The position numbers were made by a program, and so were the translations under genes. A stretch of 62,000 nt of DNA from Chiloscyllium plagiosum (lineage: Eukaryota). The stretch lies in the NCBI RefSeq assembly GCF_004010195.1, contig NC_057759.1, positions 4,990,657 to 5,052,656 on the forward strand. The letters are read 5' to 3'. Below, piece after piece: positions 24,588 through 37,500 of the stretch; position 1 is the stretch's first letter, and the number at the start of each line of letters is the position of its first letter. The notes beneath the pieces are model-generated. The model had not been told where the DNA came from. It worked only from the letters and a program-made list of their open reading frames with translations, and did no database searches.

Positions 24588-25589
24588 CTGAGTCACATCG
24601 CTCTTAGATAAACCAAACTCTTTGTTGGGGTGTTTCTAATAATTCCTAAAGATAGACAAGGGTGGGAATAGTAAGGATATTCGTCTTCTCATGGGATAGC
24701 ACCAGTGCAGCTGTGATGCACAAAGGTTCATGAATATTCACTGAATCGATTGACAGTGACCTTCACCCATCTTGTCTATCCGACCCCCCAATCCTGTCTC
24801 AGGTATTGCTGCCACATTGTGAGCCACATGCCCTTGGACCCGGCAGCTTGCCCACTCGAAGTTTGGTGGCAATTGGATCTGGAAAGGCAAGGGGTAAGAA
24901 CAGGCAGTGGTCTCCAGGAAGGACTCTTCTGATGATGGCAAGTGGGTGGGTGGAATGGTTTTGACAGACACCATCTCATGTCCAGATCTCACGGAGACTG
25001 GATCACTATTACCCAGTGGCTCTCGAAGGAGATTCGAACCCATCTTGTGGATTGTCACCCTGGTCTGCTCGATTGCGAGTCTGTGATATGACCAGTACAT
25101 ATAAGCCTGCCCCCTAGGTTCAGATATAGTTCTTCACTAAACCATCAAAGCTGCAAACAAGGGACTGAGTGGGACTATTCCATTGAATGAGAGAGCTCTC
25201 TCAAAGGGCCGAATCGCCTATGCCTTCTTCTATTTTTGATATTTCTATCATCCTCACCCAACTCTTCAGCTTTCTACCGAACTGACTCCTTCCTTCCATT
25301 TCTGTCGTTTCAATGTCATGTTTCATCCACGTGCCTGTTTGTGTGACAGTCTCGCGATTTTGAGTGCATGAGTGTTTTTTTAAATATATATTTTATATCT
25401 CTGAGAATTTTAAGTTTCTATATCAAACTGTCCTGGTCTGGAGCCTTCACAAATTAAAAGAAAAACAAAAAGAAAACATCTTGCTGGTGCACTCCCAGAT
25501 GAAAAAAGTTCTGAACTGAAACAATTTCTTGCTAAAAGAAAACCTGGAAAGAGGAGTTCACGGTCGCAAGGGGCTGTACACGCGGTTGT

Positions 25590-26560
25590 GTACAGCTGAA
25601 GCTTCAGACACGGAGAAACCCGAGGAATCCCGGCCCGTGGGGAAACCATGGAATTGTGGTGTCTGCGGGAAAGGCTTTCGTGTCCTGTCTGCCCTGGAAA
25701 GTCATCGACGCAGTCACACCGGGGAGAGGCCGGTCTCCTGCCCAGAGTCTGGGAAGGGCGTAATACATGCGTCCACTCTCTGGGCCCACCAACGGGTCCA
25801 CAACGGAGAAAGACCCTGAATGCCCCAATGGAAGGTCCACACCGGGGAGAGGCCCTTCAGCTGTCCCGAATGCAGAAGGCCTTCACCGATTCCTCCGCCC
25901 TGCTGAAGCATCAGCAGGTCCACACCAGGGGGAGGCCGTTCTCCTGCTCCGTGTGTGGGATGGGATTCAGTCAGCTGGGCAACCTGCAGAGGCATGAGTG
26001 GGTCCACACAGGGGAGAGGCCCTTCTGGTGCCCTAAGTGTGGGAAGGGGTTCACTTGCTCGGCTAAGATGATGACCCACCAGCGGGTCCACACCGGAGAA
26101 AGGCCATTCACCTGCTCCGTGTGTGGGAAGGGGATTAGTAAGGTGGGCAAGCTGCGGACACACCAGCGGGTCCACACCGGGGAGAGGCCGTTCGCCTGCT
26201 CTCAGTGCGGGACAGGGTTAATCGATTCTTCCACCCTGCTGACCCACCAGCGGGTCCACACCGGAGAAAGGCCATTCACCTGCTCCGTGTGTGGGAAAGG
26301 ATTCAGTCAATTGGGCAACCTGTGGATACACCAGCGGGTCCACACTGGGGCGAGTCCTTTTACCTGCCCGGGTGCAGAAAGGGATTCATCGATTCTTCTG
26401 GCCTGCTGACCCACCAGCAGGTCCAAATCAGGGAGCAGCTGTTCACCTGCTCTGTGAGCAGGAAGGGTTCAGTCAGGTGGGCAACCTGCAGTTGCACCAG
26501 CAGGTCCACACCAGGGACAGCCCGCACACCTGCTCTAAGTGGGAAGGTGTGCGGAGGTAC
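25590..26560 (+). pseudogene. C2H2 (Kruppel-type) zinc-finger array, about 10-11 fingers, frameshifted
   Basis: Repeated FxCxxCGKGF..L..HQRVHTGERP across ORFs 25529-25819, 25648-26409, 26205-26708 and 26291-26566; stop at 25817 and several frameshifts. Confidence 0.9.
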
Positions 26561-27404
26561 CAGTGAGTTCATGTGCCATTGCAGGGGGACTGAAGGAGCG
26601 ACGGCCTCGTGCCGTTCATTGGCTGGACAATCGACCCAGATCTGGGGACTTCTGGGTTCAAATCCTACAGCGCAAGATGGCAGAATTGGAATTCAGTCAG
26701 AAATCTGAAATTCTGAATCTAATGATGAAAACATTTTTGGGGATGAAGAAACGCCTAATTCACTCATGTTCTTTTTAGGGAAGGAAACTGCCACTGCGGA
26801 ATGGATTCACTCAGTCATCCCAGCTGCATCCTTTACCTGGTCTGGCCTATGTGTGACTCCAGTCCCACAGCAGTGTGTTTGACTCTTGACTGCAACCTCC
26901 CACCCGCCACCCCAAGAAAATGAGCGGGGAGAAACTTACTTGGATACAGTGTATAGGTTGAAATTGCTGAGTGAGGCAACACTTCCTGCAGGTTAAGGCT
27001 ATCACAAGGATCCAATGACAATGGGACCATTCAGCTGACCAATAGCAAAGGAAGTGGGGTGGGGAGTGTGTGCGCTTTGACCTTGAGCAGTTTAAAACTT
27101 AAAGCTACTTTTTGTACACCTTTTTGTTGGGGAGATCTGAAGGAGTCACAAACTTGGGTCACAATAAAGGTTACCTGAACTTCTGTGATACTCAGACATT
27201 GAAATCTCTGAGATCTAACAGGTATTTCTTTTAAAGATGCTCTTTTCTTTCAGCCTCCAGCATTAAGTTTGCAATGTCGTGTGTCAGAAGCAGCGAATGA
27301 GTAGCTACTATCGTTAGAAATTGTAAATTTTTCAGGAGTGCAGATACTGCATTGTAAAGTTTCCTGGCAGCACCAGAAGGTATGGGCTGTCTTCACTAGA
27401 AATG

Positions 27405-28800
27405 ATATGGAGGAGCTCGTGTTGAACTGGTGTGGATAAAGTTAAAAATCACTCAACACCAGGTTATAGTCCAACAGGTTTATTTGGAAGCAGTAGCTTT
27501 CGGAGCACTGCTCTGTCATCAGGTAGCTGTGGTGAAGAATCATAAATACAGAATTTATAGCAAACGTTTATAGTTTCATGCCACTGAAATGATATATTGA
27601 ACAAACCTAGATTGCTGTTAAGTCTTTCATCTTTTAGAATGGGTTGCCAGTTTCAGTTCATTAATATGTAAATCTCAGAACTTCCTTCAAGGAACATTCT
27701 CTACGAACTTTAAGATTAGATTACTTACAGTGTGGAAACAGGCCCTTCGGCCCAACAAGTCCACATTGACCCGCCGAAGTGCAACCCACCCAGACCCATT
27801 CCCCTATACCCAACACTACGGGCAATTTAGCATAGCCAATTCACATAACCTCCGCATTTTTGGATTATGGGAGCATCCGGAGGAAACCCATGCAGACACG
27901 GGGAGAATGTGCAAACTCCACACAGAGAGTCGCCTGAGGCGGGAATTGAACCCGGGTCTCTGGCGCTGTGAGGCAGCAGTGCTAACCACTGTGCCACCGT
28001 GCCGCCCACACGCCACCGTGCCGCCCACAGCTACCTGATGACAGAGCAGTGCTCCGAAAGCTACTGCTTCCAAATTTAGCATAGCCAATTCACATAACCT
28101 GCGCATTTTTGGATTATGGGAGCACCCGGAGGAAACCCATGCAGACACGGGGAGAATGTGCAAACTCCACACAGAGATTCGCCCGAGGCGGGAATTGAAC
28201 ACGGGTCTCTGGCGCTGTGAGGCAGCAGTGCTAACCACTGTGCCACCGCGCTGCCCAAGGTTAAGGTTTTACATATTTTTAAAAAATGACATCTCAGCTC
28301 AGACAATGCATTAAAGGTGTCAGGTTTGAGTCTATCTGTATCCCAGTCTTGAGTCTGACTGGTTCTATTTCCAAAGTAGGAATTTAAAATATATTACATG
28401 GAATGAAAGTCTGCAGATTTTGTGCTTTTTGGGCAAAATACAATGTATCTGCAAATACAACTCCAGTAAATGCAAATTCATCCCATAGACTTATATGTGT
28501 GTATGCATGCATGAGAGAGAGAGTGAGTGTTTGTGTTTGCTTGGTAAAATGTGTGCGTGATGGAGTGTAAACCTGTGTGAGGATATGTGTGTGGGTGTGT
28601 GTGTGTGTGTGTCTGAGAGAGGGCATGTGTATGAGCGAGGTCTGCATGACTGTATGTATGTATATGTGCTTGTGTGTGTATGGGTGTGAGTGAATGTATA
28701 GTATATTGCGGTCACCTGTGATGTGACATGAATGCAAGGTCCCTTTTGGAAGCCATCCTCATGGGTTCTGAACTTGGCTATCAGCCTCTGCTCGGCCACT
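27405..28800 (-). mobile_element. Penelope-like element 3' end with hammerhead motif, interrupted by SINEs
   Basis: EQRLIAKFRTHEDG (GIY-YIG end, 28750-28799); minus-strand CTGATGA-CAGAGCAGTGCTCC-GAAAGCTA near 27493-27521. Confidence 0.8.
27716..28256 (-). mobile_element. HE1-type SINE with partial tandem duplicate
   Basis: Full copy 27716-28008 with (TCTAA) tail; second copy 28073-28256 shares the same internal deletion. Confidence 0.9.
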
Positions 28801-29414
28801 AGAAATTATTAAGCAGTTACACAACACAAATTGGAGAGGGCAGGGTGGGAGGTGTCTTTCGATTTGTGGAAGGTGGGAGGCTTTGGATGCTGTGACCCAG
28901 GGCAAACACATGCTGGAGGACGTTCGGCTCAGAGAGTTAGAGCTGGAAGCCAGGCTGCAGGCACGTTGGGGGGAAATGTGGAAAGTTAATCAGACACTTT
29001 ATTCCAGGAGATGGTCATTCCCCTCCAGACAGAGCCTTTTGATTGGTTCAGTGGACAGTATCAGAGTGTGAGCGCGAGTCAGGCAGATAAAAGGGATCGG
29101 AGAGAGAATGGCAGGGTGGAAGAGCTAACTAGCTGGGTGACGGGAGTAAAAAGAATGTTGGGCAGGGGGTGATGGTGGTAAGGGATAAAATAGTGACAGG
29201 GATTGTCTTCATTCTCTGCAGTTGGCATCAGGAGGCCAAATGGCATTGGTGTCTGCCTGACGCAAGATTTGGGAACCAATGTGCTCAGGGCTAGAAAAAT
29301 GGAAAAGGGAGGTTGCTGTGGTGTGGTCCAACAACATCAGGAGGACAGAGCTTCCGCTGAAGGCACATGAGAAGTTTGAAGCTCAAAGACTAAGCAAAGC
29401 CTCAAAGCTCTGAG

Positions 29415-29745
29415 GGACACGGTGGCTCGCTGGTCAGCACTGCTGCTTGACAGTGCCAGGGACCAGAGTTTGATTCCATTCTGAGGTGCCAGTCTGTGTG
29501 GACTTTAGCAAGTTGTGTCTGTATGGGTTACCTCTGTATGCTCTGGTGTCTTCCCACAGTTCAAGGATTAGCAGTGTAGGAAGGATCGGCTGTGCTGTAG
29601 TGTCCAGGCATGTGCAGGTTAGGGTGGATTAGTCATGGGGGACTGCAGGGCTGTCGGGTAAGCAGATGCGTCTGGGTGGGATGCTGTTCAGAAGGTTGGT
29701 GTGAATTCGGTGGGCAAAAAGCCTGCATAGACTATATGATTCTAT
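29415..29745 (+). mobile_element. Degenerate HE1-type SINE
   Basis: Head gacacggtggctcgctggtcagcactgctgc, plus core and tail similar to other copies. Confidence 0.7.
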
Positions 29746-31104
29746 ATTGAGAAATGATTGCCCCAAGTCTGCTGTGACAGGAGTAGATTCCAGTTCATGG
29801 GACACTGACACTAGTCCTGGAGAAGGTGGGATTTGTGCTGTCTCTCCCCCCACCCTCTGCTGACTCCTGTCTATTCTGTCTCTCCTTGCACTCTGCAAAC
29901 CCCATTCTCTCAACCCCCAAACCTTCTGTCCCCCATTCTCTCTCTGCTCCACCATTCCCCGCAGTGTTTCTCTTTGCCCCCATCCTCTGTACCCGTTCAT
30001 TTTCTCTTTCCCCCACCCTCTGCACTACCCCATTCTCTCTCCTCACACTCTGGCACCCCCATTCTCTTTCCCAAACCCTCTGCCTGCCATTCTCAGTCCC
30101 CTCATTCTCTGCCCCATTCTCTTATCCACCACCGCCTGTCCGCCCAGTGTTTCACTTCCCCACCACCCTCTGTCCCCCAAGTCTTTCTCTTTCCCCACCC
30201 TCTGTCCACTTGTCCATTTTCTCTCCCTCTCTCCCACTAGCATCTGACTGTGTCCATTCTGTTTCACTTCTCCCGCCCATACTACCCCAACATCCTTTCT
30301 CATGCCTCAAGCCCTCTTTGATCACTGTATCAAGCCCTTCTCAGAAGAGAGAGAGAATGGAATGATGATGACTCTACCTGGGAGACAGTGGTGGATTAGA
30401 AATGGCTGATGTTTAAAATTGAGAATGCCTAAAATGTATTCAGAAGCATCAGTAAAGTCTGAAAGCATGTTGAATTCCTTTAAAAAGCTGCAGGCATCTT
30501 TCTGAAACTTGCATTGAAATATGCAGAATTAGGTCACAATTGAGGACAGGCTGTAAGGGGTGAATGGTCTGGTGAAATTGATTCCGGTGATGTAAAAATA
30601 GTGTCAATGGAAACAAACATTTCGGTCAGTGCCGATCAGATATCCTAAATTAATCTAGTTCCATTTGCCTAAATTTGGTCCATAACCCTCTAAACCCTTC
30701 TTGTTCGGATATCCATGCTGACGCCTTTTAAGTGTTGGAATTATACCAGCCTCCACCACTTCCTCTGGCAGCTCATTCCAAACACTACCACCCTCTGTGT
30801 GAAAAAGTTATTCTTTAAATTCCTTTTAATTTTTCGCCTTTCTTTCTCAACCTATGCCCCTCCAGTTTTAAACTTCCTCTATCTTTGGGAAAATACCTAC
30901 AAAAGTTGAGCAGCCAGGCAAAGTGTAAAAGGAATAAAATGTTGACCCACAGTGGGTAACAAATTGTGGGTCCAACCATTCGTTTTTTGCTATTGGCATT
31001 TGGACACTTAAAATCTGTCAGTAACACCAGCATCGTCACATCGCATATTGCGCATGCTCCTCGGTGTCAGGAATTACTGCGCACGTTCACCGGTGTCTGA
31101 CTGT

Positions 31105-32665
31105 GTCCATGGGGTGGTTATGGTAGGGAATTGTAACTTTCCAAACATAGACTGGGACTGCCGTAGTGTTAAGGATTTAGATAGAGTGGAATTTGTTAAA
31201 TGTATACAGGAAAATTTTCTGATTCAGTATGTGGATGTTCTTGCTGGAGAAGGTGCAAAACTTGACCTATTCTTGGGAAATAAGGCAGGGCAGGTGACTG
31301 AGGTGACAGTAGGGGAGCACTTTAATAATTCTATTAAAGTTCTAATGGAAAAGGATAGACTGGATCTAAACATTAGGCAAAAGTGAGTACTGTCAATGCT
31401 GGAGATGAGATGAGAGTATGGTGCTGCAAAAGCACAGCAGGTCAGGCAGCATCCGAGGAGCAGGAAAATCGACGTTTCGGGCAAAAGACCTTTATCATCC
31501 TGATGAAGGGATTTTGCTGGAAATGTTGATTTTTCCTGCTCCTTGGATGCTGCCTGACCTGCCATGCTTTTCCAGCACCACACTCTTGGATCTAAAAGTT
31601 GTTTAGGAGAAGGCTAATTTTGACGGTGTTAGGCTAGAACTTTCAAAAGTTGATTGGTGACAGATGTTTGCAGGTAAAGCGATGGCTGGAAAATGTGATA
31701 CCTTCAAAAATTAGACAACGACAGTACAGAGACAGTATATTTCTGTTGGGTGAAAGTAAAGGCTGGTAGATAAAAGGAATGCTGGGTGACAAGAAAAATC
31801 GAGGTTTTGGTTTCAAAATAAGACAGAAGCATATGACAGGGATAGACAGAAGAGATCAAGTGAATCCTCAGAGTATAAAGGCAGTAGGAGTGTATACTTA
31901 AGAGGGAAATCAGGAAGGCAAAACAGGGAGGTGACATAGCTTTGGTAAATTGGAATGAGGAGTATCTGAAGGTTTTTATAAATACATCAAGGACAAATGG
32001 GTAACTAGGGAGAGAATAGGGCCCCTCAAAGAATAGCAAGGCAGCCTACATATGGAACTGCAGGAGATGGGGGAGATACTAAACAAGTATTTTGCATCAG
32101 TGCTTACTTTATAGGAGGGCATGCAAGTTTGACAATGTGGGGAAATAGATGGTGACATCTTGAAAAATGTCCATATTAGAGAGGAGGTCATGCTGGATGT
32201 CTTCAAACGCACAAACGTAGATAAATCACGGGACTTGATCAGGTGTACCTGAGGACTCTGTGGGAATCTAGGAAGTGATTGCTGGGCCTCTTGCTGAGAT
32301 ATTTCTATCATTGATAGACACAGGTGAGGTGTTGGAAGACTGGAGGTAAGCTACCATGGTGCCACTGTTTAAGAAATGTGGTAAGGAAAAGTCGGGGAAC
32401 TATAGACCAGTGAGCCTGATGATGATAGGTAAATTGGAGGGAATCCCAAGGGACACGATTTGCACGTATTTGGAAAGGCAATGACTTAGTTCAGATAGTC
32501 AGCATCGTTTTATGCATGGGAAATCATGTCTCACAAATTTGATTGAGTTTTTTGAAGAATTAACAAGGAGGATTGATGACGGCAGAGCGGTGGACGTGAT
32601 CTATATGGATTCAGTAAGGGGTTCGATAAGGTTCCTCATGGGAAACTGGCTAGCAAGGTTAGCAA
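31105..32665 (+). mobile_element. CR1 ORF2 fragment (EN to RT) with palindromic Penelope-derived insertion at 31371-31586
   Basis: VVMVGNCNFPNIDW and GKSCLTNLIEFFEE; insertion flanked by tggatctaaa on both sides. Confidence 0.85.
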
Positions 32666-32804
32666 CTTGTGGATCATTTCAGAGAATATCTCTGGGATAA
32701 CCACACCAAGCCACCCCATTGTCATGTGGCCAAACACTTTAACTCCCCTCCCATACCTGCAACGACATGTAGGTCCTGGGCCTCCTCCATCACCGAACCT
32801 TAAC

Positions 32805-34565
32805 TGAGAAAGTCTATAGCCTTAAAACTTGTCTTTAAACATTCAGACTAAAACGTAATGTTGAATTATAGAACATATTTACTGCACTAGAAAAATAGAC
32901 AGGCAGACGGCTCAGAAAAAGTGTGGGAAGGGGGGAGTCTCAAGGAATGCAGAAGATAGGGACCTCTGGTCTTACCAAGTGATACCAGGATGCTGTAAGG
33001 CAATTAAGAACATTTGTCTTAGCATCAGTGAATCTGTGTGAACAGGACACCAACTGATAACATTCACAGCTGTTCCCTTATGAAATTAATGTCAATGTTT
33101 TATTCTGACCCTGAAACGAAACTCAGTACTATCAAAAGCTTTGTAATTAACAATCAGATGCTGCCAAATATAATGGAATCTCATTACCCCTTGCAAGTGG
33201 GGAAGACAGAGGGAGAAAAAAAATCTTTGCTGACTTGAGTTCAAAAGGACATTAGGGGGATAGACATTTTAGTGCTGATGCTATTGGGGCCTGTAGAAAA
33301 TTAATTCTTAGTGCTTTTCTGCTATGGATTGAATTTAACTGCATTTTGGGAATCTATGATAATATTGAGTAGCCATTACTAGTTATCAAATACAAACTCT
33401 GCTAAAGGTAATATTAATGAAGCTTTAACTTGCTGTTCTTGCAGACCATACAGACTGCCCCATGGTCAATTCTAACTAGTCAGATCTTATGTCTTATTTG
33501 AATTTGAATCATAAACTTGAAAAGAAGGCAAGTTTAATCGAAGACTAATTAATCATTTTCAGTACAATCTTGCAGCTTCAGCTTCAGGCACAGAATGATT
33601 CTATGCTAAAGATAAAAAGCAGGAATCTGCTCATCAGCTTAAAATTATTCTGAACATAGCATTGAACAGATTCTGACACAACCTTTTAGGAAGCCACTTT
33701 ATGGTCAAAAGTTAGCCTTCCTTGCTAAGGAGCCATTTTCTAAAACAATGATATCAGACATGCGAGCTGTGCAAAGTTACCTAATGACACAGAGTCATCG
33801 AGATATACAGCATGGAAACAGACCCTTTGGTCCAACCCGACCATGCCGATCAGATATCCCAAACAAATCTAGTTCCATCTGCCAGCACCCGGCCCATATA
33901 CCTCCAAACCCTTCCTATTCATATACCCATCCAAATGCCACTTAAATGTTGCAATTGTACCAGCCTCCACCACTTCCTCTGGCAGCTCATTCCATACCCA
34001 TACCACCTTCTGTGTGAAAAAGTTGACCCATAGGTCTCTCCCACTTAATTTAGACTGGCACTTCTTTATAGGAACTTATCTCACAAGCAGATGCTTAACT
34101 CAGCTGGGTTTGTTTTTCCCACCTGATAGATAGCTGAAGTCCTGTAGGAGTGATTAGCCAAGCGTGCACAGATCTGTCAGTTAACTAGTCTCCCTTACGA
34201 ATTATTGTCTTTCACTGTTATCTGTCTAATTAAGAATATGCAATGTTTTTGTAAACTTTTGTATAAAGGAAGCCACTTTGAAGCAGTACATCAGAGTAGC
34301 CTGTTAGGGCACTTGAAGAGATGGTACTCTACTCTCCTAGTTTATTAGAACCTAGTTAGTTTAGCTTATAGGTATCAGTGTTATGTTGTAACAGCGATGC
34401 TATTAGTGAATAAAGGGGATGACTAAAATTAAACTAAACTGTCTGTAAGAGGTTCTTATTCCAGACTTCCAAAAAGTATGATCTCCGAGACGAACCAAAA
34501 GACAGGCTTTACAAGTCTGAGTCCTCAAGGGATTCCCTGGGCTGACTCAAATCTATACTTTAACA
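32805..34565 (+). mobile_element. Probable long solo LTR (with CR1 3' fragment inserted at ~33790-34040)
   Basis: Starts TG abruptly after a Penelope fragment; TATAAA at 34263, AATAAA at 34409, candidate CA ends at 34527 or 34565. TSD imperfect (taac/taaa). Confidence 0.4.
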
Positions 34566-34589
34566 TAAATAGCTGAATCCTGGAGGAAG

Positions 34590-37500
34590 AGCACCCATTG
34601 CGACAAGGATATCTGTCAGGGCCCCAGCTATTTCCTCTCTTGCCTCCTAGCAACCTGGGATAAATCCCATCCGGTCCTGGGGATTTGTCTACCTTAATAG
34701 CCTCTAGCCTATCCAACACATCTTCCCTACTTATGTCAACATGATCCAGAGTAATCGAGCTTCCACCTCTAATCTCAACAGACATCATATTCCTCTCCTC
34801 CGTGAATACTAATGCAAAGTAATCATTCAGAATCTCACCTGTTTTCTCAGGTTCGACACACAGCCTTCCTTCCTTATCTTTTAGTGGACCAATCCTTTCT
34901 ATAGTTACCCGCTTGCTCCTTACATAAGAATAAAAGGCTTTGGGATTCTCCATAATTCTGCTTGCTGAAGCTATTTCATGACTCTTTTTAGCCCGCTTGA
35001 TTCCTCGTTTAAGACTGGTCCTATTCTCCCGATATTCCTCCAGGTCCTGTTCTGTTCTTACCTGCCTGAACCTTATGTATGCTTCCCTTTTCCTCATGGC
35101 TAGTTGTACGATTTCTCCTGTCATCCATGGTTCACGATTCTTGCCGTTCCTATCCCTCGCTTTCAATGGGACATGCCTACCCTGCACTATCTTCAACCTA
35201 CCTTTGAAAGCCTCCTACATATCAAATAGCTGTGTCCAATCCCCATTTCACAGCTCCTGCCTAATTTTGATATAGGCCCGGTCTAGTACACTTCCCTTAG
35301 GACCATTCTCATCTTTGTCTAAGAGTATTCTAAAACTTACAGAATTATGGTCACTGTTCCCAAAGGAATCCCCCACAGCAACTTCTACCACCTGACCTGG
35401 CTCATTCCCCAAAACCAGGTCCAATAAGGCCCCTTCACTCGTCGGACTATTGACATACTGCTCTAGAAAACTCTCCTGGATGCGTCTTACAAATTCTGCC
35501 TCATCCAGACCTCTAACACTAAGTGTATCCCAGTCAATGTTAGGAAAATTAAACAGAGGTAAGGTACCGCAGGGCTGATCATGTTGACCACCTGTACAAG
35601 AAGGGTAGGGAAATTCCAGGTAACTACAGATCAGTGAGCTTGATGTCAGTGGTGGAAAGTTTCTGGAGAAAGTACAGAAGGATAAACTCTATATTTGGAA
35701 AAGAATGGGCTTATCAGTGATAGGTAACATGCTTTTGTGCGGGGAGATTGTGCCTTACCAACTTAATAAAGTTCTTTGAGGAAGTGACCAAGTTGTTAGA
35801 TAAAGGAAGGGCTGTACATGTCATACACATGGACTTTAGTAAGGCATTTGAGAAGGTTCCCCATGGTATACTAATGGAGAAAGTGAAATCACGTGGTATG
35901 CAAGGTGTTCTAGCGAGGTGGATAAAGAACTGGTTGAGCAACAAGAAACAGAGGAGTAGTAGTTGAAGGGAGTTTCTTGAAAAGGAGAAAGGTGACTAAT
36001 GGAGAAAGTGAAATCACGTGGTATGCAAGGTGTTCTAGCGAGGTGGATAAAGAACTGGTTGAGCAACAGGAAACAGGGAGAAGTAGTTGAAGGGAGTTTC
36101 TTGAAAAGGAGAAAGGTGACCAGTCGTGTTCCACAGGGGTCAGTGCTGGGGCCACTGCTGGTATGATCAGCAAGTTTGCAGATGGCACGAACATTGGTGG
36201 AGTAGCAGAAAGCATAGGGGACTGTCAAAGAATACAGGAGAATATAGATAGACTGGAGAGTTGGGTGGAGAACTGGCATATGGAGTTCAATCCAGGCAAA
36301 TGTGAGGTGATGCATTTTGGGAAGTCTAGAGCAAATTATACAGTAAATGGAAGAGCCTTGGGAAAAGTTGATGAGCAGAGAGATTTCAGAGTTCAGGTCC
36401 ATTGTACCCTCAAGGTTGCTGCATAGGTGGGGTAGAGTGGTCAAGAAGGCATATGGTATGCTTGCCTTCATCAAACGGGGTATTGAGTATAAGAGCTGGT
36501 GGGTCATGTTAAAATTCTACAAGACATTCGTTCGGCCGCATTTAAAATACTGTGTCCAGTTCTGGTTGCCACATTACCGAAAGGATGTGGACGCTTTAGA
36601 TAGGGTGCAGAGAAAGTTTACGAGGATGTTGCCTGGTATGGAAGCTGCTAGCTATGAAAAGAAGTTGAGTGTGTGCGTAGACGAGATACAAGTCGGTCTA
36701 GAGATTTGGGGGAGCTGAAATTATGTACAGAGATTAAAAATGTTACCGAAACGGAGAAAGGAGGGAACTACTCAGCACTGATGGCATGGGAGAACAGAAT
36801 GGCCCTTGATATGATTTTAGCAGAAAAAGGGTGTGTGTGTGTGATGTTAGGAGGAAGCTGTTGTACCTTTATTCCTAATAACACTGCACCTGATGGTTCA
36901 ATTACTCAGGCCTTAAGGGCATTGACTACTTTAGCAGAGGAACTGGCTGAGAATTCAGGAGTAGACACATCTCTCACGGGATGGCTTGAATCCTGGTTTG
37001 GAAGGTAGAAGGGGGTGGTAGTTTCCATCCTTACTTCCCTGATAATAGTAGTCGGGGTATTGGTGGCCATTGGCTGTTGTATCATACCCTGTGTATGAGG
37101 GCTCACCCAAAGACTGCTTGAGACAGCCTTAATGAAACAGATGCCCCGAAAAGGAAATCAGGCAGAAGAACTTTATTAGCTAAATAATGAGGGGATGAGT
37201 GAGACCAAGATGGATGAAATCTCCGGAATGATGCTTGCGAATTTCGGGGGTGATGCTTAAAAGAAAAATGCAGAAGATAACAAATGGTAATTAAAGAAAA
37301 AGGGGAAATTGTGGGATATAGGTAAATTAATGTTACTTCTGCAATTCTAATTGATTATATAAAAATAAAATGAACTCACATCAGTGTGTAATTGTTTCAG
37401 CCAGGAGCTGAGTCAACAAGAATGGAAACTATGTGGAGGAAATGCATAATTTTTTTTGTATTAGGTAAAAATGTATGCAAGAAAGAAACGGGACTGCAAG

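Noticed and set aside
28860..29410. Coiled-coil-like ORF (VRLRELELEARLQ)
   Set aside because: Looks like decayed CR1 ORF1, not a host gene.
29800..30330. Pro/Ser/Leu-rich ORFs
   Set aside because: Low-complexity pyrimidine tract.
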